Below, in pieces: positions 58,748 to 64,000 of a stretch of 64,000 bases of DNA. The first letter of the stretch is position 1. Each line of letters begins with the position of its first letter. The notes under the pieces are model-generated. The model saw nothing but the letters and a program-made list of their open reading frames with translations, had not been told where the DNA came from and did no database searches. The stretch lies in the IMG/VR virus record IMGVR_UViG_3300009174_000002, positions 51,517-115,516 of that record, one strand, 5' to 3'. Made by a program: the position numbers and the translations under genes. This DNA comes from a virus.

Positions 58748-60130
58748 TCTATATTCTAATTTTTGTTCTATTTCTTTTTTAAGAGAATTTAAAGCCTCAG
58801 TTACCTTCATAGTTTTAAATTTGCTTTTTAAATATGTTTGTCCCGCTGCTGGACTAGCGGTAGTATGTCTATCATACATATATTCGTTTCCTTTATTATC
58901 AATTCCTTTTAATACAAACCCACTACCAATTTTTATTTTATTATGTTTTTTATCCCAATTGGTAGTTTGATCAACATAATATATAAATCCATCTATCCAT
59001 TTTAATTCTAATATTTTTTGTATTTGTTCAACATTCCACCAGGAGGTTGAAGATATTCTATCTTCAACAGCTTGCACGCCTTTAATAGTATATGGACGAG
59101 AAATTTTATATTTTCCAATAGTAATTTCACTAGGAACTAGATTTTTATTTCCTTTTAATTTAGTAATCTTTTCTTTTTTAGGTTGAGTAGGTTTATTATT
59201 TTTAATATATCCTTTTTTAGTTAGTTCGTAAATTTTACGAATACTATAAATATCTTCATTAGTAAATATATTTTCATTTAAAATTTTTAAAACATTTTCC
59301 CAATTGGATTTAGATATTTCTTTGATATAAAATAATTGATTAAGAAACTCTTTAAGATTATAAGTAAACCAATCTGCATTCTCACTACGACTCATTACTT
59401 TTGCAATAATTTCTTTTTCTTCCTCGGTAAGAAATGTTGAATCTCCTATTGCTTGTTTGTTATGTGCCAAACGAGTTTCTATTTCCTTTTGTCTTAATAA
59501 GATTTCCTTTTCAATTCTAGCTTTTTCTGCTGCTATTCTAGTTTCTATTCTTCTAGGTTTAAAAAGATTATTAGAATCTTCCTCTTCTTTTAATATTTGT
59601 AGTATTTTATTAGATAGTTTCATTTCCGATAAAAGTTTTTTATAAGTAGCCAATAAAACAGTATTACTATTTTGTTTATATACATTTTCAAAATCTTTTT
59701 TATTTTTTATTTTTTTAGCTTTATCATTTTCCATATTATAAGAATATAATGGAAAAAACTTCATTAATTTCTCCCACATATGTTTAGAATATTGATTTTG
59801 TGTACCATCACTGAGTAAATATTTATATTTCTTAATTAGAAAAGTATATATTTGAAATCCTAATCCTTTATTTCTAAATTCTGGTTTGATAAAAATAGTA
59901 TTTAATTGTGGATATTTATAATATTCAGAAAGTTCATAAAAAGCTAACATTTTTTTACCTTTCATAATATAATAAACACCAGCATAATTACTAAAATATA
60001 TTTTAAAACTTCCTAAGTTTCCAAAGTATTTTAATTCTAATTCGTTAAAATCTTGTTCGAAAAATATCAAACCTTCAGACTCTAGATTATTGTTTCCTTC
60101 ACTATATAATATCTCATTTAATCTTTTCAT
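58745..60130 (-). CDS. GNAT-like acetyltransferase domain fused to an LFKPRR-tagged module
   Basis: IFIKPEFRNKGLG...LLSDGTQ...MWEKL, then an internal MKLSNKILQILKEEEDSNNLFKPRR. Confidence 0.65.
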   Translation of the reverse strand: MKRLNEILYSEGNNNLESEGLIFFEQDFNELELKYFGNLGSFKIYFSNYAGVYYIMKGKKMLAFYELSEYYKYPQLNTIFIKPEFRNKGLGFQIYTFLIKKYKYLLSDGTQNQYSKHMWEKLMKFFPLYSYNMENDKAKKIKNKKDFENVYKQNSNTVLLATYKKLLSEMKLSNKILQILKEEEDSNNLFKPRRIETRIAAEKARIEKEILLRQKEIETRLAHNKQAIGDSTFLTEEEKEIIAKVMSRSENADWFTYNLKEFLNQLFYIKEISKSNWENVLKILNENIFTNEDIYSIRKIYELTKKGYIKNNKPTQPKKEKITKLKGNKNLVPSEITIGKYKISRPYTIKGVQAVEDRISSTSWWNVEQIQKILELKWIDGFIYYVDQTTNWDKKHNKIKIGSGFVLKGIDNKGNEYMYDRHTTASPAAGQTYLKSKFKTMKVTEALNSLKKEIEQKLEYR

Positions 60131-60673
60131 TTAAGGTCTAATTTGTTCTTCAAGCCCAAGATTATCACCCCATACATCTTTTTGAATCACTTCATCATCA
60201 TCCATGATTGCAAAATAATCTACCCTTAAATTTTCTCTTTTTAATAATACATTTCCAGGACCTACATCTTCAATAGTATAATCATATATTTGATATAGTC
60301 TTTTTCCTATTCCAAAATAATCTCCTCTTTGTGGATCTATATTTAATTCATGTAAATGTTCTCTATAAACTGAAACAACCATTTTCATGATTTTATTGGG
60401 TACTCCACTTTGTAATTGTTCACCACCTTGGGTAATTTTAAACTTACCTCTAACTTCTATACCTCTTGGCTGTTTGAATTTTTTCATTGTCAATTCACCA
60501 TAGAAATTCTTTTTACTTTGTTCCCAATCCAAAGCAAAATATAATACAGACATATTATGTATCTCTTCAACAACTTCTCTACTTTGTTTTTTGAGATACT
60601 GTATATCCTTATCATTGAAGTAAAGATTTCCATTTTCTGATCTTTTATCAGTTGTTTTCAAAGGTTCGGACAT
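60131..60673 (-). CDS. Putative head-closure/neck protein (gp14-like)
   Basis: YGE and HL.ELNI.P..GDYF pattern; near the other neck-like gene. Confidence 0.45.
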   Translation of the reverse strand: MSEPLKTTDKRSENGNLYFNDKDIQYLKKQSREVVEEIHNMSVLYFALDWEQSKKNFYGELTMKKFKQPRGIEVRGKFKITQGGEQLQSGVPNKIMKMVVSVYREHLHELNIDPQRGDYFGIGKRLYQIYDYTIEDVGPGNVLLKRENLRVDYFAIMDDDEVIQKDVWGDNLGLEEQIRP

Positions 60674-61090
60674 TTAAATATTTTTTGCTTTATGTTTAAG
60701 TATATCTGATAAAATCAAATTAAAAAAATCTTCTTTGTTAGATATAGAAATAGCATCAGTAGTGTATTCAGTATAACCAATAGTTGCTTTATTAGCATTT
60801 TGATACCAAAAATATTTTACATATCTTTGATTAGATCTATTGATAGGGAAAGTAAGACCAATTTGTAATTCTATATTCAAATCATTTCTTCCAAATAAAT
60901 CACACTGTATATATCTAGTTTCAATATTATTTATCTCTAAAAATTGTTTTAAACTTTCTTCTATTTCATCTTGCTTTTTTTCTTTTTCAGTCCTTATATC
61001 CGGCCTGTTCATTCTTCTAGGTTTAAACAAATTTTCTTCTTCTTCAGATTCTAATAATATTTTAGTTATTAAATTCATTATTTTAAACAT
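60674..61090 (-). CDS. LFKPRR-tagged putative head protein
   Basis: MNLITKILLESEEEENLFKPRR. Confidence 0.65.
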   Translation of the reverse strand: MFKIMNLITKILLESEEEENLFKPRRMNRPDIRTEKEKKQDEIEESLKQFLEINNIETRYIQCDLFGRNDLNIELQIGLTFPINRSNQRYVKYFWYQNANKATIGYTEYTTDAISISNKEDFFNLILSDILKHKAKNI

Positions 61091-61538
61091 CGAATTTTAT
61101 ATAAGGTAAATTATGACTAAATAATTTTAATAAATCCGGTTCTTGAAGAAATACTTCTCTTCTATATCCTCCTGCTATAGGTTGGTAAATATTAACTACC
61201 GATCTTCCAGACATCCAGATTTTATTCAACTCCGAATCACTTAGGGAATTAAATTTTTTTATAAAATAAGTTCTTGCATTATTAAGTGCCATAGGTTTTA
61301 TTTTGTCTAAAGCATCTTGATAATCTTTTGCTCTTACAAAATGATCAATATAATATTCGAAACTAAATAATTTAAAAGTTAAATGAACAAGATAAACATC
61401 TTTAATTCCAGGATATTTTTTTAAAATTTCTTCTTCCTCTTTTTTTAAAATCTCTTCTCTTTCAGACACTTTTCGAGGTTTGAAGAGATTATTCTTATCT
61501 TCTTTAAGAATAGATAGTATTTTAGAATTTAAATTCAT
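61083..61538 (-). CDS. LFKPRR-tagged protein (KYP...VRAK family)
   Basis: MNLNSKILSILKEDKNNLFKPRK. Confidence 0.65.
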   Translation of the reverse strand: MNLNSKILSILKEDKNNLFKPRKVSEREEILKKEEEEILKKYPGIKDVYLVHLTFKLFSFEYYIDHFVRAKDYQDALDKIKPMALNNARTYFIKKFNSLSDSELNKIWMSGRSVVNIYQPIAGGYRREVFLQEPDLLKLFSHNLPYIKFDV

Positions 61539-61562
61539 TATAACTGATTGATTATCAATAAG

Positions 61563-62759
61563 TTAACCAAGGTACCATTGTCTGGGGGCTTTGGAGGCTT
61601 TTTTTGCTGCTTCTATTATTTGATCTTTTTCTTGATATAATAAAGCTAAGTTTAATTTTTCCATATCACTTCTTAAATCCTCCCTCAACTTATTAATCTC
61701 ATTTTCAGCCTCAGTTAATAAGCTACCGTAATCAAATTCTATTTCAAAATCCATTTCTCCTGTACCCATGGTCTTTTTAATTTTTCTCCATTTAGATCCT
61801 TGAATATATTTACATCTGGCTAATGTATATTCCCAAATCCAGGTTTTAGCCCAATCCGATAACATCGACCAAGGAACTGCTTGTAAATTCATTTGTAAAG
61901 GATTGGCAATTAAAGTAGGATTATAGGTTTGTGAATCAGGATCAGAAGAAGGAATATCAGCTTCAAAAGTATAAGTTGAACTAGCGGTATCAGGTTCGTC
62001 TTGTCCTCTTCCGGTCAATACATCTATATCATTCCAGTAAAAATAAAATACTCTTGTACCAGGAACTATATTCAAATTTTTACTTCCAGGCATAGGGGAT
62101 ATTTCTAACATATCTCCTGATAAATTATGAAAAAATTCAGAGAATAATATTTTTCTTCTAGTTTCCATACTTTGTAATAAAAGGACGGTATCAAAAGCAT
62201 ATCCTAAATAAGTTAAAGGGCTACTTCCATAATTGAATCCAGCAGTAGTAAAATTCCATAAACCACTATTTATTACATCATCACCATTTAAAGAATCAGA
62301 ATTTCCTGTAAATTTAGATCCAATAAACAGCTCTGGCCGAGCTACCCACATTACCCTATGAATTCTTCTGGCACCAGGAGGGTAGGGTTTAGATGATTCT
62401 TTTGAAAGATCATATATTTGACGCCCTGGTTCTAAAACAATATAATCTTTTTTCCAAGGTATTTTACCACCCACCCTTGCCATAGAAGAAAACCAATCGG
62501 TAATTTGTTGAATTAAATTCATATTAAAGGTAGCGATTTGATTTGTCATAACCATTCCAGCAGGCAAACCGTACATATTTCCAAATTGATTTTTTAATTG
62601 CCAAATAGATGTCTCCTTATTGAATTCTCTCAAAGCTCTTCGCATAACAATAAGTACCTCTTTTTTGGTAATATCAACTCCAATTGTTTCTCCACCTAGA
62701 ATAGTTTGAATTTCTTCATAGGTTTCAACTAGTTCTTTTTCAGTAATGTCTAATAACAT
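61563..62759 (-). CDS. Putative neck/head-tail adaptor protein (gp13-like)
   Basis: LGG..I.VDI, GRQIYDL, WI.EYTLA.CK..QG..WRK and LL.EAE.E...L..L. Confidence 0.55.
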   Translation of the reverse strand: MLLDITEKELVETYEEIQTILGGETIGVDITKKEVLIVMRRALREFNKETSIWQLKNQFGNMYGLPAGMVMTNQIATFNMNLIQQITDWFSSMARVGGKIPWKKDYIVLEPGRQIYDLSKESSKPYPPGARRIHRVMWVARPELFIGSKFTGNSDSLNGDDVINSGLWNFTTAGFNYGSSPLTYLGYAFDTVLLLQSMETRRKILFSEFFHNLSGDMLEISPMPGSKNLNIVPGTRVFYFYWNDIDVLTGRGQDEPDTASSTYTFEADIPSSDPDSQTYNPTLIANPLQMNLQAVPWSMLSDWAKTWIWEYTLARCKYIQGSKWRKIKKTMGTGEMDFEIEFDYGSLLTEAENEINKLREDLRSDMEKLNLALLYQEKDQIIEAAKKASKAPRQWYLG

Positions 62760-62816
62760 TGTAATAAAATGTGATTTTTATTTAAATATTACTATTTACT
62801 TTTTAACTTTAGTTGA

Positions 62817-64000
62817 ATGGAACTATTTACAATAGTATCAGATTTTTATAATATAAATGACTTTGAGAATCCTTTTATAGTAGATGTAATTTCTTTACAG
62901 CAATTCAAGTATCTAAGAAAATTTAAATGTACTAAATATATTATTTTAGGGTTTGAGAATGCAGTAGATATTTTTAATAAAGATGTTAATATTATTGATT
63001 TAAAAATCAATGAGGATGTTTATTGGTTTTATGATAGAAATATAGAGAATTGGGAGATTAAATTTGATGTTTTTATAAAGATTTTTTTACATAAAACTAA
63101 TCTAAAAATTTTAATAGATTTAGATGAAGTATTAGGTAGAGATGAAGTAAAAATACTACATATAATTGATAATATACTTCTAATTAAATTCATAGGCAAA
63201 GAACAAATTTATAGTTTAGATCTTAGAATATACTCATATTTTGAAAATAGAAGTATATATAATTTTAGGACTTTATTTGAATATCTTAAATTACATAAAA
63301 TATTTTCAAGTAAAACTATTTATTTCGATGAGTTTAATGATCAAACTATTTTATCAAATATAAATATAAGACTTAAAGAAAATGGATTAATTGGAAGTAA
63401 GTTTAGTTTAGAAAATATAAATAATCATTTAAAACTGATAACTGATAATGGTATTAAACTATATACCATAAATCTTATAATATTACTGGAAAGGTTATAT
63501 TCCTTATATTCCAGGTGTTATTTATCTAATATAGGGCTCATAGAGTTTAATGGAATACATATAAAGAATGGACAGGAAAATACGCTAGGATTAGATATTA
63601 CTCGTTATCAAAATACTTATCAGAATATATTAAGAGTTCAATACTATCTAAACAGTATTGAAATAACTACAATTAATTCTGAAAAATATCCAGAAATAAA
63701 TATACCTATTTATGATAAAAAGGTTATTTATAAATATAATGGATTAGATACTTTAACTGGAAGAATCTACCCAAAAGATTTGGAAGGATATACTTCTCTA
63801 CAAACTTTAAACAAAGAACATAGAGATATTTTATATGCAGATAATGATTGTTTATTAATTGAATTTGATTATAAAAGTTTTGAATTTGATATATTATTTC
63901 AGTTAATAGGCTTAGAAATTGTAAATGATTTTGATCCACATATTGAAATTATCAAGTATTTATTAAATATTAAGGATAATAAAGAATTAAGAACACTCGG
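62817..64000 (+). CDS. Family A DNA polymerase-like protein (partial; missing from the ORF track because it runs off the window)
   Basis: Open from ATG 62817 to the end; DTLTGRI, SLQTL..EHR, motif A-like LIEFDYKSFE and DPH. Confidence 0.75.
   Translation, partial: MELFTIVSDFYNINDFENPFIVDVISLQQFKYLRKFKCTKYIILGFENAVDIFNKDVNIIDLKINEDVYWFYDRNIENWEIKFDVFIKIFLHKTNLKILIDLDEVLGRDEVKILHIIDNILLIKFIGKEQIYSLDLRIYSYFENRSIYNFRTLFEYLKLHKIFSSKTIYFDEFNDQTILSNINIRLKENGLIGSKFSLENINNHLKLITDNGIKLYTINLIILLERLYSLYSRCYLSNIGLIEFNGIHIKNGQENTLGLDITRYQNTYQNILRVQYYLNSIEITTINSEKYPEINIPIYDKKVIYKYNGLDTLTGRIYPKDLEGYTSLQTLNKEHRDILYADNDCLLIEFDYKSFEFDILFQLIGLEIVNDFDPHIEIIKYLLNIKDNKELRTL

Larger units (their letters stand above)
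903..62788 (-). promoter_or_regulatory. Recurrent candidate late promoter TATTTAAA (dispersed sites; the span is first to last copy)
   Basis: Minus-strand copies at 903, 3838, 4691, 12170, 14213, 17066, 20497, 22404, 28887, 36069, 39822 and 62781, each about 8-55 nt upstream of a start; plus-strand copy at 54178. Confidence 0.6.

Noticed and set aside
4590-61490. LFKPRR copies as a DNA repeat, mobile element or recombination site
   Set aside because: Synonymous codon variation and a constant reading frame show protein-level conservation; there are no terminal repeats or nearby recombinase.
4590-61490. KPRR as a eukaryotic nuclear localisation signal (giant virus)
   Set aside because: The gene set (gp23 capsid, gp21 protease, sheath, terminase) is that of a tailed bacteriophage.
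4336-63939. Many 60-136 aa ORFs antisense to longer genes (e.g. 4336, 5509, 11024, 13646, 25800, 34262, 54329, 63724)
   Set aside because: They are shadow ORFs rich in F/L/S/I, mirroring K/E-rich genes on the other strand, and mostly have TTG/GTG starts.
1-64000. Stop-codon reassignment (alternative genetic code)
   Set aside because: Core genes are intact under the standard code; the broken genes need frame changes, not read-through.

Overview
This is a very AT-rich segment of a large T4-like (myovirus-type) tailed phage. The host is probably in the Bacteroidota (inference: A-rich starts without Shine-Dalgarno sites, TAnnTTT-like promoter boxes, and signal peptides of the Bacteroidota type). 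The minus strand carries the virion module: tail sheath, gp23-like major capsid protein, acidic scaffold, gp21-like prohead protease with a LAGLIDADG intein, large terminase and neck-like proteins. It also carries a DNA-metabolism block: RNase HI, RuvC-like resolvase, primase and Mre11/Rad50 (SbcD/SbcC). The plus strand carries small early-type genes, QueE, a Ser-Gly-Tyr repeat fibre followed by a glycosyltransferase cluster, a Thg1-like protein, a MazG-like protein, and a family A polymerase-like gene cut by the window end. Main findings: (1) a peptide tag, [ILM]xE-(acidic spacer)-LFKPRR, occurs about 19 times in 15 minus-strand ORFs, five of them inside one 1174-aa apparent polyprotein, and a second leader (LLEKxxGKKVIxxE) occurs in seven ORFs (two of which also carry the tag); together these suggest a protease-processed capsid-cargo addressing system; (2) the SbcD-SbcC gene is fractured by an atypically split intein (29-aa IntN, 126-aa IntC) in the Walker A loop, with a free-standing endonuclease between the halves; (3) three frame breaks sit in poly-A runs; (4) a 15-aa copy of the capsid maturation site lies in another protein; (5) there are two distinct candidate promoter motifs. 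All calls come from reading motifs by eye; no database searches were run.
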